This document shows, piece by piece, positions 12,632 through 25,700 of a stretch of DNA of 64,000 bases. Source of the DNA: Haliotis rufescens (Eukaryota); assembly GCF_023055435.1 (NCBI RefSeq), contig NW_025963890.1:52576001-52640000 (forward strand). The letters are read 5' to 3'. Positions within the stretch are counted from its first letter, which is position 1, and every line of letters begins with the position of its first letter. Position numbers and translations under genes: made by a program. The notes beneath the pieces were generated by a model. It worked only from the letters and a program-made list of their open reading frames with translations. It ran no database searches and was not told the origin of the DNA.

Positions 12632-12788
12632 TCTCTGATCATATGAAGGAGTAAGTGTACACATCGAAACATTGTGTTCCTCATAATAAAGAAGTTGACA
12701 TCCACAAATTCTCTTCCTTATCTGTATCACTTCTAAATGCCTTTCAAAGACTTGAGTGAGTTGTTGGTGTTGTCCTCAGTGTGCGTGG

Positions 12789-14461
12789 ATGAAGAAGATG
12801 GCCAGACAGATCGTCCTCGTCACTGGGAACAAAAAGAAACTGGAAGAAGTTGTTCAAATCCTGGGGCCAGACTTTCCACACAAGGTAAGCATCCTGTATG
12901 AGTGAGTGAGTGAGTATGGTTTTACGCCGCTTTTAGCATTATTTCAGCAATATCACGGCGGTGGACACCAGAAATGGGCTTCACACATTGTACCCATGTC
13001 AGGAATCGAACCCCGGGTCTTCGGCGTGACGAGCGAACGCTTTAACCATTAGGCTACCCGACCGCCTCGCATCCTGTATGAGACGGCAGGTGATCATCAG
13101 CTTGATTAGCAGTAACTAGTTTTCTTGAAATTGTTCAAAATAGCATAAAACCAAACTCATTCTTACCATGACGGTCTTCCTCTTTCAGGTGACAAGTCAG
13201 GACATCGACTTGCCTGAGTATCAAGGAACCCCGGAGGAAATCGCCCGTGCTAAGTGTAAGCTTGCAGCGGAGCACATTAAGGGACCGGTCATTGTGGAGG
13301 ATACAAGTCTTTGTTTTAATGCTCTTGGAGGTCTCCCTGGACCGTATGTGAAGTGGTTCCTGAAGAGTGTGGGACCAACAGGTGATGGATGATAGGAGAG
13401 TTTATGATGTCAAGGATAGAGTATGTGCATCCTCAGGTTATTCAGAAGTGTTTGTCCGTTGTGAGTCAACTAGTGCTGTACTTCAAAATATCTCCAAAAC
13501 CACTTGCCACACTCTTCCATACATCTTCCCGAGGCAAGAGAGTTAACTGACTTAAAAGGTCAAGTTCTGTGCCTCTCCTGTGGACCAATCAGATTCCACC
13601 TCTCATATCACATGCATTTGCTTCAAACAAAATGGTGGTGCCCAGTCAAGACGATCTAATCGATAATCAAGATCTATATTGTGATAAAACGGGTCTTACA
13701 TTGAGAAGTGCATTAGATCACATGAGCACCTTGATCAAAAACAGGACAAGACTTGGCAATTATCTGTGGGCAACAAGTTGGCGGTGCACATGCTTTGCAA
13801 ATCCTGCAATCAACCGAAATCTGCATGACAGTTTATGAACCGGATTTCAAGTTCGTTGCGTACTTTTGATTAAACTATGCATAGACTCTTTAGTCCAAAA
13901 TGTAACTCCATAATACTAGCCTTGCTCAGCAAGGGTGGAAACTATACATTTATAGTCAGTTAATTCTCTTGCCTCAGGAAGATGTCTTCCATAAGACATG
14001 CTCTGCTTCTCCTTTGCTGCAAAGTAAACGGTTCCATTTAAGAAAATAATTTAAAAATACAATGCAGGGGTAAATTGCTCTGTTTTGTGGAACCCTTTAG
14101 ATGTCGTGTTTGTGTTAATGCCTTTCAACTGTCTCCACCCTTACAATGATCTTCTTTGTATTTTTCAGGTCTGCACAAAATGCTTGCTGGGTTCGAGGAC
14201 AAGACAGGATATGCACAGTGTGTATTCGCATACTCGTCTGGGGAGGAAGGTTCGGACATTCAGATATTTGACGGGAGGTGCCCTGGTTCCATTGTGGCTC
14301 CACGCGGCCCGACAGATTTCGGATGGGATCCGTGTTTCCAGCCAGATGGTTTTGACAAGACATACGCAGAAATGGACAAATCAGTGAAACACACTATATC
14401 CCATCGTGGAAAAGCTATGGACTTGCTTAAAAAGTATCTCACAAAGTTATCAGTCATATAA
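12789..14461 (+). CDS. ITPA: Inosine triphosphate pyrophosphatase (HAM1 family), 193 aa
   Basis: Exons 12789-12884, 13189-13381 and 14169-14461, GT-AG and in frame. Motifs [57 protein letters not shown] second possible ATG is at 12798. Confidence 0.96.
12899..13068 (-). mobile_element. tRNA-derived SINE family A in an ITPA intron
   Basis: Full-length reverse copy; 14-bp TSD GCATCCTGTATGAG (12889 and 13069). Confidence 0.9.
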
Positions 14462-14642
14462 TCTTACATGTATTTTACATGATTGACATGACCGTTTTTT
14501 ATGAGACTTTGATAAACGAGCTTCTGAATAGCCACTTGCTCAGTTCTTTTATTTTTTAACAGTTCCTGGCACCAGCTTGGCTTGCCTGCCACTGAATGAG
14601 GAAATTCACCATTCCATGACCATGGGTTTCACTACAAGTTGA

Positions 14643-14802
14643 GGGGCGGTGGGTAGCCTAGTGGTTAAAGTGTTCACTCGTCACGCCGAAGACCCGGGTT
14701 TGATTCCCCACATGGGTACAATGTGTGAAGCCCATTTCTGGTGTTCCCCGCCGTGATATTGCTGTAATATTGCTAAAAGCAGCGTAAAACCATACTCACT
14801 CA
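14643..14802 (+). mobile_element. tRNA-derived SINE family A in the ITPA 3' UTR
   Basis: Full-length copy; CAAGTTGA on both flanks. Confidence 0.88.
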
Positions 14803-15044
14803 CGGCAAGTTGATTTGAATTAAGACAAGATGTAACTAGGCTAACAGTCAGGTTGGAAAGGCTGATTGTATGTGATCAAACATAGTAGAACCCTGCAAAT
14901 ATTGCACCAGATCTCCTTAGGAAGCTGAGAATGTAAACTGAGTACACACTAATCCGTGACTGGGGTAATGCATGGATCTGTCATAGTCCAAGTGCATTTG
15001 AGCAGTTACAAAATTGGAAAGTGTGCCATATAAATTCATAATTT

Positions 15045-15050
15045 AATAAA
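15045..15050 (+). terminator. Candidate ITPA polyadenylation signal
   Basis: AATAAA ~580 nt after the stop, followed by T/GT-rich sequence. Confidence 0.45.
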
Positions 15051-15196
15051 TGCTATGCCTTTTTTTAGTATGGTTGTTTTGTGGTGCATTTGTGATATTC
15101 GCCTTGCTGTGTGGATATGCATGCATTGAAGGAATGCTTGCTTTGCTCCCATCACTGTATGACCGGGATATTGCCGATGCAACATACCTTCAACAC

Positions 15197-15685
15197 CAAT
15201 CTCATTAAAATCAGACCTTAGTTCTCCCTACCGCTAAACAAAGATCTGAAGACATCCAATTAGGGGTCACGTCAGAAAAACCTTTCATCCGACCAATCAG
15301 AGTGTCGCTTACCAGATTATTAAAGTGACAGTTGGAATGTGATTTCTAATCATGCAACCTCGAAAACTTTAACACAGGGTATTCCGAACAATTGTTACGG
15401 GTTTAACGACTGAATCCATACAATCTGGACCATCTGTTAGCCATTCCAGAATGTTTTTTTGTTGAGGTTTCAAATTTGTAATCGAGAATTTGTCAAAATA
15501 TGTTTCGAAGCGTAGTCGCCAATTTGAAATCAGTGCCATAAAGCACAAGAAAGCTGCCTTCTAATTGGTCATTCCATTGGTCGGTTAAAGTTCGCACAAG
15601 GTCGGTCTGACGTGACTCGTAATGGGATGTCCTCAGATCTTTGTTTAGCCGTAGTGAGAACTAACATCTGATTTTAATGAGATTG
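15197..15685. mobile_element. Mutator (MULE)-type MITE
   Basis: ~80-bp TIRs (CAATCTCATTAAAATCAGA... / ...TCTGATTTTAATGAGATTG); 9-bp TSD CTTCAACAC / CTTCAACTC. Confidence 0.8.
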
Positions 15686-15865
15686 CTTCAACTCTCACAC
15701 CCTCAGGCTGGTTATTGGACTACATTTATACCTTGATCAATGGATCAGTGATCAGTCCGATTTCTTTCTCAACTCCATGGGAATATACCACCTGAGCTAT
15801 GTGTTTGGAGCTAGATTTTACATTCAAATAACCGTTTCCAACCTCCAGTTCCTTTCACTCACACT

Positions 15866-16549
15866 TATCACCCAGACGTAAAACGGGGATATAGCGATCA
15901 CCATGTCCGTCCGTCAGCCGTCCATTTTCTGTTCTGGAGCAGAACTCCAAAACCATTAAATATGTCTTGTTGAAACTTTCTATACAGATCAGTGTAGTGG
16001 GGAACTCCTGAATTTGATGGTTTGAGATTTTTTATCTATTTCTTCTTCTTTTTTCATGACAAATTGGACTTTACTGAAATTGTGGGTTGTGCTTATTTCC
16101 GATCAGAACTCCAAAACCATGGAATACATTGTATTTCAAGATGAAACTTGCGATACAGTTCAGTCTTTTAAGTTGTAAACTGATGTCTTTTGATGATTTG
16201 GCATGTTTATTTTTTATATTTTTTATGTTGTCATGACGACAAGTTGGACTTTGCTGAAAATGAGGGTAGTCCTCGTTTGTGGAGCAGAACTCCAAAACCG
16301 TTGAATATGTTTGGATGAGACTTGCTATACAGATCAGTCTGTTGGTAAACTGGTGCCTATTGATGATTTGGGATTTTGAAAAATACTGAACAGCATTAAC
16401 TTTTTCTTCCCTGAACTGAAGGTATCAGATGTCAATGAACCAAAAGTGGGGTATAAGTAGCGCCAGACCATGGGGATATATCACCTCCTGTACAGATTCC
16501 AGGGAGTAGCTGATCCTCCAGATTGTTGACACTTTCTGTTTTCTAGTTT
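15866..16549 (+). mobile_element. Helentron-associated (HINE/DINE-1-like) non-autonomous element
   Basis: 5' ttatcacccc with an inverted ggggtataa near the 3' end, a GTCC microsatellite, three internal ~170-bp repeats (cagaactccaaaacc at ~15940, 16104 and 16285), and a 3' ttctagtt end. Confidence 0.6.
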
Positions 16550-16803
16550 AGAAAAAGTGCCTGCACCCTCTCCTGGTCGTCAACCATGGCTGGGGTTAGG
16601 GTCGGCATAATGGCTGCCGAGTGTGGAAGATATACTACTCAACTGTTGACAGGGATGTTGCTGGATGATACACCTGTTATATACTGAACAAACAAAATTA
16701 GATCCCCAGTGTCTGGCTATGGTGTGAACTGTGTGTTCTAGCAGCATCGGACATTGATCCAGCTGTCACACACGGAGTGTTTTCCGGGGTTTGACCTGAT
16801 GGT

Positions 16804-17088
16804 GGGGGCACGGGTAGCCCAGTCGTCTTAGGCTGCGATTCGCTGTGCAGAGTTGCGTCCCTTGGGCACGCCAGAAACCTATTATTGTGGGTTCGAATCC
16901 CGGTTCACCCCGATTTTGTTTCTAGGTTTGTCAGCACCATACCTGTGCTCGTTGGTTTAACCGAAATGGTAAACGTCTGTGACCTGCATCACTTCGGGCT
17001 TTCCTCCCACATTAAGCTGACACGCAGTGATATAACTGAAATACTGTTAAAAGCGGCTTTAAACCCAACTCACTCACTCACTCACAAC
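16804..17088 (+). mobile_element. tRNA-derived SINE family C
   Basis: B box GGTTCGAATCC, (ACTC)n tail, TSD TGACCTGATGGT. Confidence 0.85.
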
Positions 17089-17127
17089 TGACCTGATGGT
17101 CAGCACCTTTGTCAAACATGAATAAAC

Positions 17128-17320
17128 AGAGGATCTCACGCAAGTGTCTTGATATCAAATATATCAATATGAGTTGATAAAAGTGGAAAACTAAGGCTTG
17201 CTGAGGAGTTTTTCCACTTTGATCAACGAGTGTTGATATATTTGATATCAAAAGATGCAAGGGTGAGATATAATTTAGCATCCAACATCATTCTTCCAAC
17301 CTTTTCAGTTTGTAGACACT
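17128..17320. mobile_element. Palindromic MITE-like repeat
   Basis: Hairpin ttgatatcaaatatatcaa...ttgatatatttgatatcaa; a reverse-orientation copy is at ~54760-54942. Confidence 0.6.
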
Positions 17321-17577
17321 AATAAGCAGTGTCTAAGGGAACAAAGTACTGCTAACAACTTCAGTAGCAGAGCCATTGGTGAGGTCATTTGATTGTGACA
17401 TCATGGTAACCAAAGACGTGAAAGAGGGGGTTTGCAAAAACACCCACCCCCTGTAATAAATGTCCAGGGTGTCGTTGTACAAAGTGATTTTAGCGCTAAG
17501 GTGATCGTAACTCCCATACGTTAACATAGACTTAAGTCAGTCGTAGCGCTAAGGTTGTTTTGTACAACCACACCCAG

Positions 17578-17851
17578 GGGGGCACGGGTGGCCCAGTCGT
17601 CTAAGGCGCCGCGAATTGCTGTGCAGAGTCGCATCCCTTGGACACGCCAGAAACCTATGAGTGTGGGTTCGAATCCCGGTTTGCCCCGATTATGTTTCTA
17701 GGTTTGTCAGTACCATACCTGTGCTCGTGGGTTACACCGAAGTGGTAAACATCTGAGACGTGCATCACTTGGGGCTTTCCTCCCACATTAAGCTGACAGC
17801 GTGATATAACTGGAATACTGTTAAAAGCTGGGTTAAACCCAACTCACTCAC
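17578..17851 (+). mobile_element. tRNA-derived SINE family C
   Basis: Colinear with the 16804 copy; TSD ACCACACCCAG. Confidence 0.85.
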
Positions 17852-17975
17852 ACCACACCCAGACCCTAAGCTTGTAATAGGGTCATAAAATCACAGTATT
17901 TGTTTCGACGTGGTCTCCATTGACATGGCTCCTGTAATAAATAAAACAGTGAAGCTAGTTGTGTGACATAAACAT

Positions 17976-17981
17976 TTTATT
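17976..17981 (-). terminator. Candidate annexin polyadenylation signal
   Basis: AATAAA on the minus strand ~1.8 kb after the stop; other candidates exist. Confidence 0.35.
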
Positions 17982-18899
17982 TGTAACAGAACAGTAACAA
18001 GTAAAATTTGGTGAGGAAAACATACAAAAGGGAGCTCTGAACTACAAATCGTGCAGATAACATGTAAAAACTGCGTAGAAATGGGCCACCTAACATTGCA
18101 TCTTTAATTGCAAATGTTCCGATTCAGTATTCGTTGAGGACACCTTCTGACTTGTCAGGGCCATTGTTTCAATCCTTTGGTTGTGATAGGTCAGTGTTCA
18201 GACCAGTGAAATGGAAGCAAGGACGAGTCCAAGAGTTACCTCCCTTCCCACATCACGCAAGTTTGAACTACCTGTAGGCAGTTCTAAATGAATTCAGCTT
18301 GTTTTACAAGCATAAAGCCATAGCTTGTCTGTTGCAACACATTGAGTGTGTATTGAAAAAAACAAAGAATTAAATAATTATTTCGAATGTTTATCAAAAT
18401 AAATTTTTAACCATACGTTTATAAAAATCTGTTTATTGTGATGTACTTGAAACAAGTATATTTGTTTTGATAGTTTGATTGAAAGTTATTTTACGTTTCA
18501 AGGGGCCCTGTTCCTGTTCATATTGCTAGAGTTATGTGCCCTTGTGATGCATGATGGGAGGACAGTGTGCTCACTGAATACTGACATGGACCGGTAATAC
18601 TGAATAAACAAAAATGTTCAAGTATATACCACAAGTACAACACAAAACAGAAAGAAATATTTTGTAATCAATATCATTGCTCACCTGGGTGCAATGAATT
18701 ACAATATCATTAAAAGGTCATGGAATTGCAACATCTAGTACATAAATGTAAAGCTGTCTTCTTGAAGAGAGTGATAAACAATCCAGGCTTCCATTAGGTC
18801 CGACTTGGTCACATGTTGTATGCATCTGATTTAGGTTCTTCACATCTTTTGACATTTGACATAAAGTCAATTGTGAGAGTAAATTCTGACTCCATCACA

Positions 18900-19170
18900 C
18901 AATGGAAAGAGTGAGTGAGTATGGTTTTACACCGCCTTTAGCAATATTCCAGCAATATAACGGCGGGACCATGGAAAGAGCGGTGTCCGCAACCAAAGGG
19001 AGTGAGTGAGTGAGTATGGTTTTACGCCGCTTTTAGCAATATTCCAGCAATATCACGGCGGTACCATGGAAAGAGCGGTGTCCTCAGCCAAAGGGAGTGA
19101 GTGAGTGAGTATGGTTTTACGCCACTTTTAGCAACACTACAGCAATATCACGGCGAGGGACACCAGAAAT
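18900..19170 (-). repeat. Tandem trimer (~90 bp) of a SINE A 3' tail plus flank
   Basis: Three copies of gagtgagtatggttttacgccgcttttagcaat..., separated by accatggaaagagcggtgtcc. Confidence 0.75.
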
Positions 19171-19755
19171 CTCAACCTAAGGCTGGAGTAGAAGTGGCTA
19201 ATAGCTTGAAATGGCTTTGTGAACATTCTCACAGCTTCAAAATGTATGTAAATAATGTAAAGAAGAATTGCTGCAATACAATGACCAACAGTAATAAGTG
19301 GATATTGAGTAGTGTCTGAGCAGACCAAGGATGGGACTTCCTCGGATCACAATTCATAGTCGTGATATGTCACAATGCAAGCCCTATTTCTTCTAATAAA
19401 CGTAATTTCATGGTAGGTATATGATGCTCAACCAAGCGTTAGCGAAAAGATGAGTGTATCCTGCCCCACAGGTGGCATATCAAACACATGCAAAGGCAAG
19501 GTAAGTATTCACCTGAAAACAACGGGAACATGGTACAAGGCAAATTTATGTTATGTCACTAATTTCTGTATTCTACGTGATACATGTGTGATATGTTTCG
19601 TAACACCACGTGACCGGTAACCATGGGGACAGGTCAGAATGACCTGAGACAATCCCCCTTCCATATCCTATGTCTGGCAAACACTGCCCAATGCGACAGA
19701 ACATTAACATGTGTCTGCACAAGAAGTGATAACAGGATAATGCGGCAAGCTGACT

Positions 19756-22700
19756 TCAACTGGACTCCTTCACTCCATTGGTCCCCCCGCCCTGTGTGAG
19801 TTGGAGCAGCAGCTTGCGGTAGTCGCCGGAAGTGTCCTTCTTGATGTGTTCCACCAGGGTGGCCTTGTACTCCTTCTGATAGACCTCCGCCACATCCTGA
19901 AGATCCACCTGTCAACAACATTTGGTGTTTGTTGTTTAACGCCGCACTCGGTAATATTACAAATGTATATTGAGTAAGAGGCGACTAACAGGATCGGATG
20001 GTCAGACTCGATGTGGTTGATGCATGTCACGGTATCCCAAATGTGTCGATGGATGCGCATGAGGTCAATCACTGCATTGTCTGATCCAGACTCGATTGTT
20101 TACAGACCGAACACATATAGGTGGAGTATTGCCGAGTGCGGCGTTAAACATCAAAACATGCTGGTCTGTAAATAATCTGAACCAGACAATCCAGTGATTG
20201 AGAATAGGAACAACGACCCATGCTGTCGAGGAACGATGACGCCTAGGAAACAAGTCACGAGCCTGCCATCCGAACTATTTGGTCGCCCCTTACGACAAGC
20301 ATAGGTTGCTGGGGACCTATTCTTAGAGGATAAGCAGGTTGGCACCCCATTAACAGATCGGTCTAGGGCTACAGAGGTTGTAAGTAGTGCTTTTTGTCAA
20401 ACTGAGACCAACTCGTAGATATAAATTGGGTTTTCTAAGAGCGCTGTGAATGATTTTAATCCTACTTTCCGATAGAACTAGTTGGACTGACTATGGTCTT
20501 CCGTTAACTCCATCCACCCTACTTCCGCTTATCCTGTGTGGCTATCCAATGCCAACTGTGTCACGTGTCTGTTGTACACGGCAGCTAAATGGTGACGGGG
20601 TGACACTGTGTATCCTGGCTGTTCATGGGACGACGCGACGGGGTGGTTCATTGTTCATGCTGTCACCTGTATGCCTTCAGCTGAGTCTCCAGTATTCTCA
20701 GCCCCCGTGACACAGATGGAACACCCTCTCCCTCACTGCAAACCCACTATGTCCCGTTTTCAAAACACCCTAACCTGTCACCACTCCCCCTACGCCCGAT
20801 CTGACCCGTGAAGATTCCGGGGTAGAATATGTCTTCAGAAACCCATGCTTGCCGTAAAAGGTGACTATGCTTGTCATAAAAGGCGACTAACGGGATCAGG
20901 TGGTCAGGCTCACTGACTTGGTTGATGTATGTCATCGTGTCCCAATTGCGTGGATCGATGCTCATGATATTAATCACTGGATTGTCTGATCCAGACTCGA
21001 TTATTTACAGACCGCCGTCATATAGCTGGAATATTGCTGAGTGCGGCGTTAAACAACAAACCAACCAACCAACCAACCAACCCACGCCCGATCCATTCTT
21101 CACGTACCTACCGGTGGGACACTACCCGTGCATAAGACGCTCTCCCCACCCTCCCCCACCCTCCCCCACCCCACGTACCTCAGAGTGGGACACTACCCGT
21201 GCATAAGACGCCCTCCCCACCCTCCCCCACCCCACGTACCTCAGAGTGGGACACTACCCGTGCATAAGACGCCCTCCCCACCCTCCCCCACCCCACGTAC
21301 CTCAGAGTGGGACACAACCAGCTGCATCAGACGCTCGTCATCCGTCCCCGCCCCGTCCATACTGTCAAACAGACATTTGGCGAAGAACTTCAAGGGGTCC
21401 TTCACGTAATGCACTGGGAATAAATATTGTCAGCTCACATTGTGGAAGATTAACACACTTATTACAACAACATATTAATTTTATCTCACTGCCCCGGGGT
21501 CAAGACTGGCCGTGTCAAAGACGCAGTGATTCGCTGTGCAGAGTTGCGTCCCTCCTACATGCCAGAAACCATGGATCATGAGTTCAGTGCCAGATTCGCC
21601 TTCATTGTGTTCCTAGCACAGTCAGCCCCAAATCCATGCTCGAGGGTTTCAACCAAGACCTGCATCACTCTGGGCGTTCCTCATAAACGAGGTTGAGATA
21701 GAACTGAAATACTGTTCAAAGCAGCGTTGAACCAAACTCACTCACTCACTCACTCACTCACTCACTCACCCACTCACTCATTATTGCTCATTCCTATAAT
21801 GAAATATTTATAAAGCGTGTGTGCGTGTGCGGTGGCATCTAGCAATGTGTATTGACCCACCTATTGCCAGGAAAGCTTTCTGTGTATCGCCGCTCATCTC
21901 GCCGATGATGGCGCCCTCTATATCCTTGCTGGCGTACTCCTTGTAGAGCTCGAAGACCTTCCTGAGATGAGGGATGCTGCGTGTCACCAGCACCTTGTTG
22001 AAGACATCCTCGTCCGTGGAGAAACGCAGCCCCTCGCCCCCCTGGGAACATCGTTATATCAAGCATAGCACATCCAATCTTGCGTACAGCTGGAATACTA
22101 AAACTCACGTAAAACATACACCGTAAAACACACACCGAAAAACTCACCCGTAAAACACACACGGTAAAACATTTCATAAAACACACTGTGATCACACTGT
22201 AAAAAACACAGTAAAACATAGAGCATAAAACACTGACCGTAAGACACACGCCATAAAACACACTGTATAACACACCGTAAAACACATCGTAATCACACAC
22301 TATAAAACATACACCATAAAACACACACTGCAAAACTCACCGTAAAACACACACGGTAACACATTTCATAAAACACATCGTAATCACACACTGTAAAACA
22401 TACACCTTAGAACACACACTGTAAAACATTCAGTAAAACAAACACCGTAAAACATTTCATAAAACACACACACACACTGTAAAACAAACACCATAAAACA
22501 CATACCTTGAAAGATACACCGTAAAACACACACGTTAAAACATTTCATAAAACACACTGTAATTACAAACTAAAACATCCACCATAAAACGCACACACCG
22601 TACAACATATTTCATAAAACACACACTGTAAAACACACACCATAAAACACACTGTAAAACAGCGTAAAACGTACTCTGTAAAACACACACTATAAAACAC

Positions 22701-25700
22701 ACCGTAAAACAGAAACACACAATGTAAAACGGAGTTATTAATTTTCATAATGGCGTGAAAGAAACAAAACCCAAATCATTCGATTTCAGGAATTCATCTT
22801 CGAATATCATCTTTGTACATCATCCTTTCTTCACACCTGGAATGTGACCATCACTTGGACATGACACGCAGATATTCACGTTATACATCATGTCGGCCTT
22901 CGACAAGCAGATATTCACGTTATACACCTCCCCATGTCGACCTTGACATGGAGATACTCATGTTATACACCACCTCATGTCGACCTTGACATGCAGATAC
23001 CCACGTTATACACCTCCCCATGTCGACCTTGACATGCAGATATTCACGTTATACACCACCCTATGTCGACCTTGACATGCAGATACTCACGTTATACACC
23101 ACCCCGTGTCGACCTTGACATGCAGATACTCATGTTATACACCACCTCATGTCGACCTTGACATGCAGATACCGACGTTATACACCTCCCCATGTCGACC
23201 TTTACATGCATATACTCACGTTATGCACCTCCCCATGTCGACCTTGACAAGCAGATATTCACGTTATACACCACCCCATGTCGACCTTGACATGCAGATA
23301 CCCACGTTATACACCACCCCATGTCGACCTTGACAAGCAGATATTCACGTTATACACCACCCCATGTCGCGACCTTGACATGCAGATATCCACGTTATAC
23401 ACCGCCCCATGTCGACCTTGACATGCAGATGCTCACGTTATACACCTCCCTCATGTCGGCCTTGGCTGCCTCGTCATCCACCGCCTGCTCCTCCGATCTC
23501 CCGCCTTGCACGAGACCCACCAGCACGCGCTGGAAGTCACCTGACACCTCCGACTTGATGTCGTCTTCCAGGTCGGACTTGAACAACTCTGCGAAGCAGG
23601 GGACATGACGCTACGGTGATGAAGACAGACGAACGTATACACACTGCAGGACATATGTGGTGGAGATGGTTTTTGAAAAAAGCCCATTTAGAGAATTCCA
23701 GTCCACCAATCTATATTGTATGTACAAGATTTCAGGCAGGCTTTCGTTTACATCTGTGCAGAGACCATATCACGGTATCTGATCTGTGGTATCGTATGTA
23801 CAAGATTACAGACAGTGTGTCTACATCTGTGGTATCGTATGTACAAGATTACAGACAGTCTGTGTCTACATCTGTGGTATCGTATGTACAAGATTACAGA
23901 CAGCCTGTGTCTACATCTGTGGTATCGTATGAACAAGATTACAGACAGTGTGTCTACATCTGTGGTATCGTATGTACAAGATTACAGACAGTCTGTGTCT
24001 ACATCTGTGGTATTGTATGTACAAGATTACAGACAGTCTGTGTCTACATCTGTGGTATCGTATGTACAAGATTACAGACAGTGTGTCTACATCTGTGGTA
24101 TCGTATGTACGAGACTACAGACAGTCTGTGTCTACATCTGTGGTATCGTATGTACAAGATTACAGACAGTCTGTTTCTACATCTGTGGTATCGTATGTAC
24201 AAGATTACAGACAGTGTGTCTACATCTGTGGTATCGTATGTACAAGATTTCAGACAGTCTGTGTCTACATCTGTGGTATCGTATGTACAAGATTACAGAC
24301 AGTGTGTCTACATCTGTGGTATCGTATGTACAAGATTACAGACAGTCTGTGTCTACATCTGTGGTATCGTATGTACAAGATTGCAGACAGTGTGTCTACA
24401 TCTGTGGTATCGTATGTACAAGATTACAGACAGCCTGTGTCTACATCTGTGGTATGGTATGTACAAGATTACAGACAGTCTGTGTCTACATCTGTGGTAT
24501 CGTATGTACAAGATTACAGACAGTGTGTCTACATCTGTGGTATCGTATGTACAAGATTACAGACAGTCTGTGTCTACATCTGTGGTATCGTATGTACATG
24601 ATTACAGACAGTCTGTGTCTACATCTGTGGTATCGTATGTACAAGACTACAGACAGTCTGTGTCTACATCTGTGGTATCGTATGTACAAGACTACAGACA
24701 GTCTGTGTCTACATCTGTGGTATCGTATGTATAAGATTACAGACAGTGTGTCTACATCTGTGGTATCGTATGTACAAGACTACAGACAGTCTGTGTCTAC
24801 ATCTGTGGTATCGTATGTACAAGATTACAGACAGTCTATGTCTACATCTGTGGTATCGTATGTACAAGACTACAGACAGTCTGTGTCTTCATCTGTGGTA
24901 TCGTATGTACAAGATTACAGACAGTGTGTCTACATCTGTGGTATCGTATGTACAAGATTACAGACAGTGTGTCTACATCTGTGGTATCGTATGTACAAGA
25001 TTACAGACAGTCTGTGTCTACATCTGTGGTATCGTATGTACAAGATTACAGACAGTGTGTCTACATCTGTGGTATCGTATGTACAAGACTACAGACAGTC
25101 TGTGTCTACATCTGTGGTATCGTATGTACAAGATTACAGACAGTCTATGTCTACATCTGTGGTATCGTATGTACAAGACTACAGACAGTCTGTGTCTTCA
25201 TCTGTGGTATCGTATGTACAAGATTACAGACAGTGTGTCTACATCTGTGGTATCGTATGTACAATATTACATACAGTGTGTCTACATCTGTGGTATCGTA
25301 TGTACAAGATTACAGACAGCCTGTGTCTACATCTGTGGTATCGTATGTACAAGATTACAGACAGTGTGTCTACATCTGTGGTATCGTATGTACAAGATTA
25401 CAGACAGTCTGTGTCTACATCTGTGGTATCGTATGTACAAGATTACAGACAGTGTGTCTACATCTGTGGTATCGTATGTACAAGATTACAGACAGTCTGT
25501 GTCTACATCTGTGGTATCGTATGTACAAGATTACAGACAGCCTGTGTCTACATATGTGGTATCGTATGTACAAGATTACAGACAGTCTGTGTCTACATCT
25601 GTGGTATCGTATGTACAAGATTACAGACAGTCTGTGTCTACATCTGTGGTATCGTATGTACAAGACTACAGACAGTCTGTGTCTACATCTGTGGTATCGT

